64,000 nucleotides of DNA from an uncultured bacterium (GTDB lineage: Bacteria > Edwardsbacteria > AC1 > EtOH8). The translations under genes were made by a program, and so were the position numbers. The notes beneath the pieces were generated by a model that searched no databases, was not told the DNA's origin, and was given only the letters and a program-made list of their open reading frames with translations. Shown here one piece after another: positions 48,217 to 58,656 of the stretch (its first letter is position 1; each line of letters starts with the position of its first letter). Location of the stretch: the NCBI GenBank assembly GCA_963780225.1, contig CAWAAX010000009.1, positions 1-64,000 of the forward strand, given 5' to 3'.

Positions 48217-48352
48217 CTAAAACTTAAAATACTAAATCCTAAACTCTAATTACTAAACAATACCAAATGCTTAATTCTATAAACTGTTTTGGGTTTTGAG
48301 AATTCATGATTTGAATTTGTTTAGGTTTTAGTTATTCGTATTTAGAAATTAG
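48217..48352. repeat. 7-bp-period palindromic element
   Basis: CTAAATC/CTAAACT/CTAATTA/CTAAACAA ... AAACTGTTT ... TTGTTTAGGTTTTAG..TTTAGAAATTAG. Confidence 0.8.
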
Positions 48353-48361
48353 TCCAAAGTT

Positions 48362-48814
48362 ATGCGGTTAGTGATCCAGCGTGTTTCATCCGCCAGCGTC
48401 ACAGTTGATGGCGCCGTTATCGGGAAGATCGGGCGTGGCCTGTGCCTGCTCTGCGGGTTCACTCACGGGGACGACGATCGGATCGTGGAACAGATGGCTG
48501 CCAAGTGCCTAAATCTCCGCATCTTCGAGGACGGCGGGGGCAAGATGAACCTGTCGCTTTCGGACGTCAATGGCTCGGTGTTGGTTGTCTCCCAGTTCAC
48601 CCTCTACGCCGACTGCAAAAAAGGGCGGAGGCCGTCGTTCACCGATTCGGCCGAGCCGGTCAAAGCCGAAAAACTTTATGAAAAATTCGTGGAAATACTC
48701 AAAAGCTCAGGAGCAGAAGTACAGACAGGGAGTTTCGGGGCCAAAATGATGGTCGAGATACTGAACGACGGGCCGGTGACCATTGTGCTGGATTCAGACG
48801 GCCTGGGGCTGTAA
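48362..48814 (+). CDS. dtd: D-aminoacyl-tRNA deacylase
   Basis: MRLVIQRV, LRIFED..GKMN.S, SQFTL, GRRPSF, NDGPVT. Confidence 0.96.
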   Translation: MRLVIQRVSSASVTVDGAVIGKIGRGLCLLCGFTHGDDDRIVEQMAAKCLNLRIFEDGGGKMNLSLSDVNGSVLVVSQFTLYADCKKGRRPSFTDSAEPVKAEKLYEKFVEILKSSGAEVQTGSFGAKMMVEILNDGPVTIVLDSDGLGL

Positions 48815-48828
48815 GGTTTTCTTTACAG

Positions 48829-48858
48829 TTGACTTACGGGTCATAAATAGGGTATAAT
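48829..48858 (+). promoter_or_regulatory. rpsO promoter
   Basis: TTGACT-18-TATAAT. Confidence 0.65.
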
Positions 48859-48945
48859 TACAGGTCATTTAACTTTGCCCTGCCTGCCCCTCTTCGCAGG
48901 TTGCGGCGTATCAAAAACAACCCCATTTTAGGAGACGGAAAGACC

Positions 48946-49215
48946 ATGCCTTTGCAAAAGGAAAAGAAGCAGGAAGTCATCACAGTCCACAAGAAGCACG
49001 AGAGCGACACCGGATCCCCCGAGGTCCAGATCGCCCTGCTGACCGAGCGGATCAACCAGCTGACCGGGCACCTCAAGGTCAACAAGAAGGACCACGCCTC
49101 AAGGCGCGGGCTACTGATGATGGTGGGCCGCCGCCGCAGGCTTCTGGATTACCTCATCAAGCGCCATGCTGCCAGGTACCGGGCCATCGTGGAAAAATTA
49201 GACTTAAGGAAGTAA
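48946..49215 (+). CDS. rpsO: 30S ribosomal protein S15
   Basis: [45 protein letters not shown]. Confidence 0.98.
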   Translation: MPLQKEKKQEVITVHKKHESDTGSPEVQIALLTERINQLTGHLKVNKKDHASRRGLLMMVGRRRRLLDYLIKRHAARYRAIVEKLDLRK

Positions 49216-49276
49216 AATCCGCTTGCGCTTAATGATTGTCTTCTTCAAGCGCCATAGCTTCAGCGGAGGCACTTTG

Positions 49277-49306
49277 AGGGGCGATTTTACGGTTAAAATC
49301 GCCCCT
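49277..49306 (+). other. Perfect 13-bp hairpin between rpsO and pnp (terminator or processing site)
   Basis: AGGGGCGATTTTA-cggt-TAAAATCGCCCCT. Confidence 0.6.
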
Positions 49307-49396
49307 TGTCATTAACCTAACCGGAACAATTCCTCCCGGAGAAAAAAGCCGGGAGAAGCCCAGACTCAAGGAGCCTGGGACAAAAAAGGAGGTTTT

Positions 49397-51475
49397 ATGG
49401 TTCATACCAAGGAACTGGAGATCGGCGGCCGGAAACTCATCATCGAGACCGGCAGGATCGCCAAACAGGCCCACGGCTCGGTGACGGTGCGCTACGGAGG
49501 GACCGTGGTGCTGGTGACCGCAGTGGGATCCGACTCGCCCCGGGAGGGAATTGACTTCTTCCCCTTGTCGGTGGAATACCGGGAACAGGCCTACGCCGCC
49601 GGGCGGATACCGGGCGGGTTCTTCAAGCGCGAGGGCAAGCCCCGGGACAAGGAGATACTTTCGGCCCGGCTGATCGACCGGCCCATCAGGCCGTTGTTCC
49701 CCGAAGGCTACCGGAACGAAGTGCAGATAGTCTGCCTGATCATATCGGCCGACCGGGAGAACGATGCCGACGTTTTGGGCCTGACCGGAGCCTCGGCCGC
49801 CCTGTCGCTGTCCGACATTCCCTTTAACGGGCCGATAGCCGCGGTGCGGGTGGGCAAGGTGGACAATCAGTACGTCATCAATCCCACCTTCCAGCAGCTG
49901 GAACAGAGCCGGCTGGACATCGTCATCTCCGGCAGCAAGGATTCCATCACCATGGTGGAAGCCGGGGCCCGCGAGGTTTCGGAAGCCGAGATCATCGAGG
50001 CCATAGAGTTCGGGCATAATTACATCAAGCAGATCATCGCCCTCCAGGAGGAACTGGTGGGACTGTGCGGAAAACCCAAACGCAAGCTGGAGATCGCCCC
50101 GGTCAACCAGGCCCTGCTGGAAAAGGTCAGGGGTTTGACCCTGGACAAGATCCAGGCGGCCAATGTCATTGCTCTCAAGGAAGAGCGGCAGGACGCCGTC
50201 AAGAAGATCTGCCAGGACGCCGCCGAGGCCCTGTTGACCGAATTCCCGGAAACGGGAAAGCAGATCAACGCCATGGTGGAGGAGATCCAGAGCCACGACC
50301 TGCGGGAGCGGATATTGAGCAAGGGCCAGCGGGCCGACGGACGGAGCCTGACCCAGATCCGGCCCATCACCGGGGAGGTCGGGTTTCTGCCCCGGACCCA
50401 CGGTTCGGCCATCTTCACCCGGGGCGAGACCCAGAGCCTGGTGGTGACCACCCTGGGCACCGCCTCCGACGAACAGCGGATAGAGGACCTGGAGGGGGAA
50501 TACTCCAAGAGCTACATGCTGCATTATAACTTCCCGCCCTTCTCAGTGGGAGAGGTCAAGCCCATCAGGGGTCCGGGCCGGCGGGAGATCGGGCACGGAG
50601 CCCTGGCCGAGCGGGCGGTGGCCCCGGTGATCCCATCGGAAGACCTTTTCCCCTACACGGTCCGGGTGGTCTCCGAGATCCTGGAATCAAACGGTTCGTC
50701 CTCCATGGCCTCGGTCTGCGGAGCCTCGCTCTCGCTGATGGATGCCGGGGTGCCCATCAAAGCGCCGGTGGCCGGAATCGCCATGGGCCTGGTGATGGAG
50801 CAGGGCCGGGTGGCCATCCTCTCCGACATCATGGGGCTGGAGGATCACTTGGGAGACATGGACTTTAAGGTGGCCGGCACCAAGGACGGCATCACCGCCC
50901 TGCAGCTGGACATCAAGGTGCAGGGATTGAACAAGGACATCCTGGAAAAGGCCCTGACCCAGGCCCACCAGGGGCGGATGCACATTTTGGGCGAGATGGA
51001 GAAGATCATCTCCGTTCCCAAGGCCGAGATCTCGGTCTATGCGCCCAGGATCCTGGCTTTGAACGTCCCGGTGGAAAAGATCGGAATGATAATCGGGCCC
51101 GGCGGCAAGATGATCCGGGCTTTGCAGGAGGAATTCTCGGTCAAGATCGACATCAGCGACGAAGGCAAGGTCACCATCGCTTCAGTCGATGTGGGCGGAG
51201 CCCAGGCCTGCTTCGAGAAGATCAAGGCCATGACGGTGGAAGCCGAGATGGGCCGGATCTACCAGGGGCGGGTGGTCAAGATCATGAACTTCGGGGCCTT
51301 TGTGGAATTCATGCCCGGCACCGAGGGGCTGGTCCACATCTCCGAGCTGGACAAGACCCGGGTCAACAAGGTGGAGGACATCGTCAAAGAGGGAGACTCC
51401 ATTACGGTCAAGCTGATCAAAGTGGACCCCGACACCGGAAAGTACAGCCTGTCACGTAAGCAGGCCATGGGTTAA
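49397..51475 (+). CDS. pnp: Polyribonucleotide nucleotidyltransferase
   Basis: IPGGFFKRE, RLIDRPIRP, HGSAIFTRGETQ, RREIGHG, SNGSSSMAS, DMDFKVAGT; KH and S1 domains. Confidence 0.98.
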   Translation: MVHTKELEIGGRKLIIETGRIAKQAHGSVTVRYGGTVVLVTAVGSDSPREGIDFFPLSVEYREQAYAAGRIPGGFFKREGKPRDKEILSARLIDRPIRPLFPEGYRNEVQIVCLIISADRENDADVLGLTGASAALSLSDIPFNGPIAAVRVGKVDNQYVINPTFQQLEQSRLDIVISGSKDSITMVEAGAREVSEAEIIEAIEFGHNYIKQIIALQEELVGLCGKPKRKLEIAPVNQALLEKVRGLTLDKIQAANVIALKEERQDAVKKICQDAAEALLTEFPETGKQINAMVEEIQSHDLRERILSKGQRADGRSLTQIRPITGEVGFLPRTHGSAIFTRGETQSLVVTTLGTASDEQRIEDLEGEYSKSYMLHYNFPPFSVGEVKPIRGPGRREIGHGALAERAVAPVIPSEDLFPYTVRVVSEILESNGSSSMASVCGASLSLMDAGVPIKAPVAGIAMGLVMEQGRVAILSDIMGLEDHLGDMDFKVAGTKDGITALQLDIKVQGLNKDILEKALTQAHQGRMHILGEMEKIISVPKAEISVYAPRILALNVPVEKIGMIIGPGGKMIRALQEEFSVKIDISDEGKVTIASVDVGGAQACFEKIKAMTVEAEMGRIYQGRVVKIMNFGAFVEFMPGTEGLVHISELDKTRVNKVEDIVKEGDSITVKLIKVDPDTGKYSLSRKQAMG

Positions 51476-51498
51476 TGGTAATATAGTTTTTAAAGTTT

Positions 51499-51538
51499 AA
51501 GTAATGAGTCGGGAACAATCCCGGCTCATTACTTTTTT
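51499..51538 (+). terminator. Intrinsic terminator after pnp
   Basis: AAGTAATGAGTCGGGA...TCCCGGCTCATTACTT followed by TTTT. Confidence 0.8.
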
Positions 51539-51545
51539 GGGCTTA

Positions 51546-51574
51546 TTGACAAGAACCGGTTTCCATGCTATTAT
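51546..51574 (+). promoter_or_regulatory. Sigma70-type promoter (extended -10)
   Basis: TTGACA-17-TATTAT, preceded by TGn. Confidence 0.65.
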
Positions 51575-51720
51575 AAATCAGGTAGTTGTACTTCGGTAAA
51601 ATCCATATTTATTCAATGCTTGTCCTGAATGATAATGCTGGTGCCTTCAGCCTATCATACGAAGTTTAATATTTGCCAAAGTTCAGCAATAACTAAAAAA
51701 CATCAATGGAGGATCTTAAA

Positions 51721-53967
51721 ATGAGGAAGTTCTGTCTGGCATTAGCGCTGTTGCTGGCAGCAGTAAGCTTGGTACAGGCCCTGCCCGGGCAATCTTTTAA
51801 AGCAACAGCCAAAGGCTTAAATAGCTTTCATCCCCGGTCCGCTCCGGCCATTGCCCTGGTTGGCAGCCTTAAAACTGTGACTTCAGTCTGGTTCACCTCC
51901 AACGGCACGACGACCCAGGTTTCGCCGCAGGGCGAAATATTAACCTGGGCGGCCAATTGCCTGCTCAACGACACCCTGCAATGGGAAATATGGATCGACT
52001 CCAATGATAACGGCCTGTTCGACAGCCTGGGGGCCGATCAAGACCTGCGATTATTTGTCTACTCGGTAGCCAACGGTGATACCCTTGGCGGTCAGGGCCT
52101 GCCAGACACCACGGCTGCCTCCGACTATGAGATCGTTAATGTGCTAAGAAACGGCTTTGCTCCGGCGTTATACTGGCTTAGGGCCGTCAGTTTGGTGGAC
52201 GGTAGCTCGGCCTTTGATTCGGTGCGGGTAACGCCCATGGTATCGCCCTGGGCCACGGTCTCCGGCCATGTTCACGTGCCGGGCGACAGCGCCTTGCAAA
52301 AAAACCTATGGTTGGAGGCTGACCTCTACACCGGCGGGGATGGTGGAAGTCCCATATTTTGGGCTGCAATCACCGACGACTATGGTAACTACACTATCAA
52401 TATGGACAATACCTATCCGGACACGCTGTGGGGCATTGGTTATTTGAGCGACATCGTGGCCGTTTCGGGAGTCTACGCGGCTCCGGGCGATACCATCATT
52501 CGGGTGATCGGCGGAGATTACACCGGCGTAAACTTTGCTTATACCGCCGCCACCGACAGCATCACCGGCGAGGTGAGAGACGAATCGGGTATGCCGTTAT
52601 CCATGGCGGTATATGTATATGCGCAACAAGGCAACCTCCAAAAGGAGATCCAGACCAGCGGCAGCCACTATCAGCTGTTCTTTACCACTGCTGATACCGG
52701 CACTTGGCGGCTGGGGTGCTATATGGGTGAGGGCGCGCCATACATGTCCCCCAGCCAGGTTGAGCTCCAGCCGGCCGGCTCCGGGCATTTGGTCCACGAT
52801 TTTATAGCCTACCTAGCTACCGATTCTATTATGGGAACAGTGACCGAGCAGGGAGGAATCCCCAGCCAGGTCTATAGAATTCAGGCCTGGTCGGATTTCC
52901 TTCAGATATCGGCTCAGGCTTTAACCGATCCTTCGACTGGTGTTTACAAGCTGATGGTGTCCGATTCTTCCAGCTATAATGTGGGCATTTCCACCTGGGA
53001 CAATGAGTACCCCATTCCGGATGGCTGGACAGCAACCCCCAGCGGGTATAGCAATGTCAATCCTCCGGACAGCGGAAAGAATTTTGACCTTTCTCCGGCT
53101 ACCACCTTCATCACCGGCCAGATCACCCAGGACGCCGGCGATGCCCAGCCGATAGATTACGGCCAGACCTGGGTGCAGGCAAGCCCGATACACGGAGGCA
53201 GCCAATTCCAGTCCCAGCCCGATATGTCAGGACAGTATTCAATTCCGGTGGCGCCCGACTCTTACACTGTCTGGATCGGCAGCGCAGGTTTTCTGTTTAC
53301 GCCTTCTCAGTACCAGAATGTGGGCGTTAGTCAGGACGAGACCATTCTCGATAAGAATTTTATCGCCAACTACGGGCATTGCCGGGTGGAGGTGAATTTG
53401 ATAGGTTATCCAGCAGATTATATAAATTGGATGAGCGCCAGTGATGAATTAAGCTGGCCCAATGCCTATCAGGCAAACGTTGAAGTGAATGGATCGGGAG
53501 CCTATAACCTGTATATCTGCAACTCCAATGGCTGGAACGTCTGGGCGCCTAATGCTGCCGGGTATAATGTATCGCCGGGCAATTATAATATCGGCGACAT
53601 CACCCACTCCGACATTTACCGGGGGGTCTATACTTTTACCTATATGCCAACCGGGGTGGAGGGCGAACCCAAAGATCGCCCGATGCCCACGGTATTCAAG
53701 CTTTCCCAGAACAGCCCCAACCCGTCCCCGGGCCGGACCCGAATAGACTACCAGCTTCCCCAAACGGCCGGGGTCTCGTTGGTGATCTATAATATCCTGG
53801 GGCAGGAGATCAGAAGGTACAATCTGGGCTCCCAGCAGCCGGGTTATTATTCCGTTGACTGGGATGGCAGGGATGAAAACGGGCGAACAGCGGTAGCTGG
53901 AGTTTATCTCTACCGTCTGCAGGCCGGCGGGAATAAGGCTATAAGGAAAATGATGGTGCTTAGATAA
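51721..53967 (+). CDS. Secreted multi-beta-sandwich protein with FlgD/T9SS-type C-terminal domain
   Basis: GGAGG RBS, signal peptide, repeated ATDSI.G.V units, C-terminus LSQNSPNP..IYNILGQEI..WDGRDE.G...GVYLYRLQAG. Confidence 0.8.
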   Translation: MRKFCLALALLLAAVSLVQALPGQSFKATAKGLNSFHPRSAPAIALVGSLKTVTSVWFTSNGTTTQVSPQGEILTWAANCLLNDTLQWEIWIDSNDNGLFDSLGADQDLRLFVYSVANGDTLGGQGLPDTTAASDYEIVNVLRNGFAPALYWLRAVSLVDGSSAFDSVRVTPMVSPWATVSGHVHVPGDSALQKNLWLEADLYTGGDGGSPIFWAAITDDYGNYTINMDNTYPDTLWGIGYLSDIVAVSGVYAAPGDTIIRVIGGDYTGVNFAYTAATDSITGEVRDESGMPLSMAVYVYAQQGNLQKEIQTSGSHYQLFFTTADTGTWRLGCYMGEGAPYMSPSQVELQPAGSGHLVHDFIAYLATDSIMGTVTEQGGIPSQVYRIQAWSDFLQISAQALTDPSTGVYKLMVSDSSSYNVGISTWDNEYPIPDGWTATPSGYSNVNPPDSGKNFDLSPATTFITGQITQDAGDAQPIDYGQTWVQASPIHGGSQFQSQPDMSGQYSIPVAPDSYTVWIGSAGFLFTPSQYQNVGVSQDETILDKNFIANYGHCRVEVNLIGYPADYINWMSASDELSWPNAYQANVEVNGSGAYNLYICNSNGWNVWAPNAAGYNVSPGNYNIGDITHSDIYRGVYTFTYMPTGVEGEPKDRPMPTVFKLSQNSPNPSPGRTRIDYQLPQTAGVSLVIYNILGQEIRRYNLGSQQPGYYSVDWDGRDENGRTAVAGVYLYRLQAGGNKAIRKMMVLR

Positions 53968-54176
53968 ACCCCACCGTTCGGGGATCGTCTTTGGTCTTGG
54001 CTTCGGCCAGCTCAGCCCGGCGGCGCAGTACATCGCTCAGCGTAAGTGTTTCGGGTAATTCCTAAGAAAAAAGCGCCCTGTAGTTCTCTTTCGCCTGCCC
54101 TGTGGCAGATTATGGCGGACAAGTTTGCGGGGCGCTTTTAGTTATTTATGTTTTTAAGGTTTTTAAGTTCAAAGTT

Positions 54177-54211
54177 AAAAATCCCGGCCTTATTTTAAGA
54201 CCGGGATTTTT
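54177..54211. terminator. Bidirectional terminator
   Basis: AAAAATCCCGG...CCGGGATTTTT between convergent genes. Confidence 0.75.
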
Positions 54212-54230
54212 TATAGAGATATCTGAATCG

Positions 54231-55163
54231 CTATTTCTTACGTTTGATGGGAGATTTTATTTCCCAGTCCACCACCAGGCTGGCCACGATGAATATCGAG
54301 GAATAAGTTCCGATAATCAAGCCGAACAGCATGGGCTTGGTGAAATCGGACAGCACCCGGCCGGAGAAAAGCTGCAGGGCCACCAGCACCATGAACACTG
54401 AAACGGCGGTGACCAGGGTCCGGGAAAGGGTCTCGTTGATGGAGCGGTTTACCAGCTCGCCGTATGTTTCTTTGTGAGGCTTCTTGACGTTCTCCCGGAT
54501 GCGGTCGGCCACCACGATGGAATCGTTGATGGAATAACCGACTATGGTCAAAAGCACCGCCACCGACTGCAGGTTAAATTCCATACCGGCCAGGGAGATG
54601 AAACCGATGGTGCAGGCCACGTCGTGGAACAGGGAGATGATGGCGGCCACTCCGAAACGGAAATCAAAGCGGAAGGCCACATATATCAGGATGAACAGCA
54701 GGCCCACCAGCACCGCCCAAAGGGCCTTGATCTGAAGCTCCTTGCCGATCTTGGGGCCTACCGTTTCGTCGCTATCGACGGTCACCTGGTTCTGGGCCAG
54801 CTTCTGATTCAGGGCCTCGGCCAACTTTTGCCCCATGGATATCCCTTTTTCCGAACCGGCATCCTGCAGTCCGGTCCGGATCAGGAAGGCATTCTTGATC
54901 TTGCCGGTGTCCTTTATCTTCTGAATCTCGGTGATGATGAATCCCGCATCGGATAAGGTAGTACGGACTTCTTCGGTCTCAACCGGTTCCTGGAAGTGAA
55001 CCTGCAGCAGGGTGCCACCGGTGAAGTCGACCCCGAGGTTAAGACCCCCGTGGACCATTACCGAAACTATCGCCGCCACAGTGATTACTATGGAGAATAT
55101 ATAGGCTTTATACCTGTTCGGTATGAATGAAAAATTGGGGATGCTTTTGAATATTGAAATCAT
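54231..55163 (-). CDS. secF: Protein translocase subunit SecF
   Basis: LNLGVDFTGG, VGPKIGKEL, FHDV, GYSINDSIVVADRIRE, ETLSRT, GTYSSIF. Confidence 0.96.
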   Translation of the reverse strand: MISIFKSIPNFSFIPNRYKAYIFSIVITVAAIVSVMVHGGLNLGVDFTGGTLLQVHFQEPVETEEVRTTLSDAGFIITEIQKIKDTGKIKNAFLIRTGLQDAGSEKGISMGQKLAEALNQKLAQNQVTVDSDETVGPKIGKELQIKALWAVLVGLLFILIYVAFRFDFRFGVAAIISLFHDVACTIGFISLAGMEFNLQSVAVLLTIVGYSINDSIVVADRIRENVKKPHKETYGELVNRSINETLSRTLVTAVSVFMVLVALQLFSGRVLSDFTKPMLFGLIIGTYSSIFIVASLVVDWEIKSPIKRKK

Positions 55164-55175
55164 GCTGTGGTCTCC

Positions 55176-56780
55176 TTAAATGTAGAGTTTGGACGTGTTC
55201 CACCTGACGGTGATCCAGTCGAAGATCATCCGGGTGACGATGACCGCGGTGAACATAGACACCAGCAGGCCGATGATCAGCGAGACGGCGAACCCTTTGA
55301 TCGGGCCGGTCCCGAATATCAGCAGGGCCACCGAGGAGAAAAATACTGTGGCGTTTGAATCCAGGATGGTGGTGAAGGCTTTGTCGTAACCGGCCTCGAT
55401 AGCCGCCCGCACCGTCTTGCCGGCTGTCAGTTCCTCCCGGATGCGTTCGAAGATCAGCACGTAGGTGTCGACGGCCATGCCGATGGTCAACGCCACTCCG
55501 GCGATGCCGGGCAGGGTCAGGGTAAAGCGGAAGGCGGCCATCACCGCCAGCAGCATTACCACGTTCAAGCCCAGGGCCAGCACAGCCACCAGTCCGCCCA
55601 GGCTGTAATAGATGATCAGGAACAGGATCACAGCCACGCCGCCGATCATGGTGGCCTTCATCCCGTTGGAGATGGAATCCAGGCCCAGGGTCGGGCCCAC
55701 CGAGCGCTCCTCGATTATCTCCACCGGGGCGGGCAGGGCGCCGGCCCTTAAGATGATGGCCAAGTCCTTGGCCTGGTCGGGGTTGGATGAGGTGCCCAGG
55801 GTGATCTGCCCCCGGCCGTTGGGAATCCGCTCCTGGATAACCGGGGCCGACTTGACCACGCCGTCCAGCACGATGGCCAACCGCCGCTTGACGTTGGCCG
55901 CGGTGACCCGGGAGAAGAGGTTGGCCGCCTGGCGCACCAGCACAAAGTCCACATAAAGGCCGCCGGGGTTGTCGGCCGTGCCCACGCCCATCCGGGCTTC
56001 GGCCAGCGAGGCCCCGGTGATCTCGGGCTGTTTTTTCATCATATATAACGGATAGCCCCGGAAGTTCTCGCCGCTGCTCTTCTCGCCCCACAGGAACTGG
56101 TAGTCCGGGGGGATGGCCGCTACCACCAGGGGATCGGCCAGCAGTTTTTCCACCAGGGGCTTGTCCTGCTCCATCACCATCAGTTCGCTGCCGGTGGGGG
56201 CCAAAAGCGCGCTAAAGGGCTTGTCCTCTATCCCCAGCATGGCGCTGTCGGAGACGATCTTCCGGGTCTTGTCGGACAGCAGGGCCTTGTCTATTTTGTC
56301 CAGCACCTCCATGGTCACCTTGTCCTCCTGGACCAGCTTGAATTCCAGCAGGGCGGTGGTCCCGATCAGGCCCCGGGCCCGGTCCTTGTCCACTCCCGGC
56401 AGCTGGACCACAATCCGGTCATTGCCCTGTTTCTGAATGGAGGGCTCGGCCACGCCGAACTGGTCCACCCGGTTCCGGATGATCTCCAGGGCCCGGTCGG
56501 TGGCGTCGGAAAGCTCTTTTTCGGTGATCTCGGTGGCTTCCTTGCCCATGGCCTTGGCCAGCCCCTGGCGGTTGATCTCCATCACCAGGTGCATGCCGCC
56601 CTGAAGGTCCAGGCCCAGGTGGATGGCCTTGGTGTAAAGCCGGTTCAGCTCCTCGCGGGGCATTTCGGCCTTCTGGGTTTCGGTCAAGCCCTGCAGCTTA
56701 AATGTGGGGATCAGCTGCCAGACGGCCGCCGCCAGAAGGACCACAGTAAGCAAGGCTTTCCAAAGATTGGCTTTTCTCAT
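55176..56780 (-). CDS. secD: Protein translocase subunit SecD
   Basis: LGLDLQGG, RVDQFGVAEP, LAIVLD, LRAGALPAP, LTLPGIAG, GMAVD, IFERIREE. Confidence 0.96.
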   Translation of the reverse strand: MRKANLWKALLTVVLLAAAVWQLIPTFKLQGLTETQKAEMPREELNRLYTKAIHLGLDLQGGMHLVMEINRQGLAKAMGKEATEITEKELSDATDRALEIIRNRVDQFGVAEPSIQKQGNDRIVVQLPGVDKDRARGLIGTTALLEFKLVQEDKVTMEVLDKIDKALLSDKTRKIVSDSAMLGIEDKPFSALLAPTGSELMVMEQDKPLVEKLLADPLVVAAIPPDYQFLWGEKSSGENFRGYPLYMMKKQPEITGASLAEARMGVGTADNPGGLYVDFVLVRQAANLFSRVTAANVKRRLAIVLDGVVKSAPVIQERIPNGRGQITLGTSSNPDQAKDLAIILRAGALPAPVEIIEERSVGPTLGLDSISNGMKATMIGGVAVILFLIIYYSLGGLVAVLALGLNVVMLLAVMAAFRFTLTLPGIAGVALTIGMAVDTYVLIFERIREELTAGKTVRAAIEAGYDKAFTTILDSNATVFFSSVALLIFGTGPIKGFAVSLIIGLLVSMFTAVIVTRMIFDWITVRWNTSKLYI

Positions 56781-56841
56781 CGCCTTAAACTAAGCTCCTA
56801 TCCTTAAATGATAATGATTGTATTTTTAATGGTAAACCATT

Positions 56842-56927
56842 ATTTTAGCCTAAATTACAAGGTCTTGTCAAGTATAATCGGAGATTTCCATTTTACCATT
56901 GACATCTAAAATTTATCGTGATATTCT
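56842..56927. promoter_or_regulatory. Divergent promoters (secD on -, CMD/tdh on +)
   Basis: Minus strand TTGACA(56871-56866)-18-TAAAAT; plus strand TTGACA(56899)-17-TATTCT, preceded by TGn. Confidence 0.6.
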
Positions 56928-57073
56928 TACAAAATGGGCCGGTTCAAGCCGGGTGTGCTCGATCGCCGCCCGGGATCCTTAAGGCATGAAACGCACCAAC
57001 CCATCATTGGCAAAAACCTGCCAGGCTGATGCGCCCCGAAAAGAAAATAACGGTTGAAAATAAAGGAAAGAAA

Positions 57074-57421
57074 ATGGATAAGTTCGACGAGATCAATCGC
57101 AAGAGAAAAGAAGCACATACTCAGCTAATGAAGCTGGATTCAAAAGTCTACAAAGCCTTTCTGGAGATGGAGAAGGTGACCTTTTGCGATGGCGCTTTGT
57201 CCAAAAAGAATAAGGAACTTATGGCCGCGGCGATAGGAATAGTCACCAATTGCGAGTCATGCATGCAGTGGCATATTGAACAGGCGATAAAAGAGGGTGC
57301 CACAATGAATGAAATACTTGAAGCAATTGAGGTCGCTATCGAGATGGGAATCGGCCCGGCCACGGTCAATGCCAGATTTGCACTGGAAGTGATGGATAAG
57401 AATTTCAATAATAAAAAATAA
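57074..57421 (+). CDS. Carboxymuconolactone decarboxylase/AhpD-family protein
   Basis: DGALSKKNKELM, CESCMQWH, GAT..EI.EAI. Confidence 0.88.
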   Translation: MDKFDEINRKRKEAHTQLMKLDSKVYKAFLEMEKVTFCDGALSKKNKELMAAAIGIVTNCESCMQWHIEQAIKEGATMNEILEAIEVAIEMGIGPATVNARFALEVMDKNFNNKK

Positions 57422-57551
57422 ATATTTTCAGGAGCTTTGTGCCTGTCCCAAACGATGAAGGCGGCGGTCAAGACCGGGCCGCAGCCTGCCGGTTACAAAA
57501 TCGAAATACTTACAATATCATAAAATCATTTAAAATTTTAGGAGGGATCTA

Positions 57552-58583
57552 ATGCGCGCCCTGGTAAAAAACGAGCGGGCCCCGGGCCTGACCATGATGG
57601 ACGTACCACTGCCGGAGACGGGACCCAACGATGTGCTCATCCGCATTCACAAATCCGCCATTTGCGGCACCGACATGCATATCTGGAACTGGGACCCATG
57701 GGCCCAGAAGACCATACCCGTGCCGATGCCGGTGGGGCACGAATACGTGGGCGTTATCGAAAAAGTGGGCAGCGCCGTCACCGGGTACAAAGGGGGCGAG
57801 CGGGTGACGGGCGAGGGCCATCTGGTGTGCGGACACTGCCGCAACTGCCGGGCGGGCAAGCGCCACCTGTGCCCCAACACGGTCGGAGTCGGCGTCAACC
57901 GGCCGGGATCGTTCGCCGAATATCTGGCCATCCCCGCCGAGAACGTCTTTCCGGTGCCGGACAGCATCCCCGATGAGGTGGTCTCGATCTTCGATCCCTA
58001 CGGCAACGCGGCCCACACCGCCCTTTCATTCGACATGGTGGGGGAGGACGTGCTGATAACCGGGGCCGGCCCCATCGGCATCATGGCCGTGGCCATCGCC
58101 CGCCACGTGGGGGCCTGCAACGTGGTGATCACCGACGTCAACGACTACCGCCTGGACCTGGCCAAGAAGCTGGGAGCCACCCGGGCCGTGAACGTGGCCA
58201 GGGAAGACCTGAAGACTGTGATGCGCGACCTGGGGATGACCGAAGGATTTGACGTGGGCCTGGAGATGTCGGGTAACGCCGCCGCTTTCCGCACTATGCT
58301 GGATTCCATGCTCAACGGAGGGCGCATCGCGATGCTGGGGATCATGGGCGAAAACGAGGCCATCGACTGGGGCAAGGTCATCTTCAAAGGCCTGTTCCTG
58401 AAGGGCATCTACGGCCGGGAGATGTTTGAGACCTGGTATAAGATGACAGCCATGATCCGCTCCGGACTGGACATCAGTCCGGTCATCACTCACCGTTTTC
58501 CCATAGAGGAGTTCAAGTCGGGGTTCGAGGTCATGGGCAGCGGTAAATCCGGCAAGGTCGTTTTGGACTGGGGTGTGAAGTAA
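57552..58583 (+). CDS. tdh: L-threonine 3-dehydrogenase
   Basis: [55 protein letters not shown]. Confidence 0.96.
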   Translation: MRALVKNERAPGLTMMDVPLPETGPNDVLIRIHKSAICGTDMHIWNWDPWAQKTIPVPMPVGHEYVGVIEKVGSAVTGYKGGERVTGEGHLVCGHCRNCRAGKRHLCPNTVGVGVNRPGSFAEYLAIPAENVFPVPDSIPDEVVSIFDPYGNAAHTALSFDMVGEDVLITGAGPIGIMAVAIARHVGACNVVITDVNDYRLDLAKKLGATRAVNVAREDLKTVMRDLGMTEGFDVGLEMSGNAAAFRTMLDSMLNGGRIAMLGIMGENEAIDWGKVIFKGLFLKGIYGREMFETWYKMTAMIRSGLDISPVITHRFPIEEFKSGFEVMGSGKSGKVVLDWGVK

Positions 58584-58656
58584 GCACCACCTGTTCAAGC
58601 CAAAAGACAATGCCAAGGGTTTTAAGGCGGACAGGAAGAGGATTGGGTTATCTCAA

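Noticed and set aside
56938..56956. tRNA or att-site remnant (GCCGGTTCAAGCCGG, T-arm-like)
   Set aside because: No acceptor, D or anticodon arms, no CCA, and no integrase nearby.
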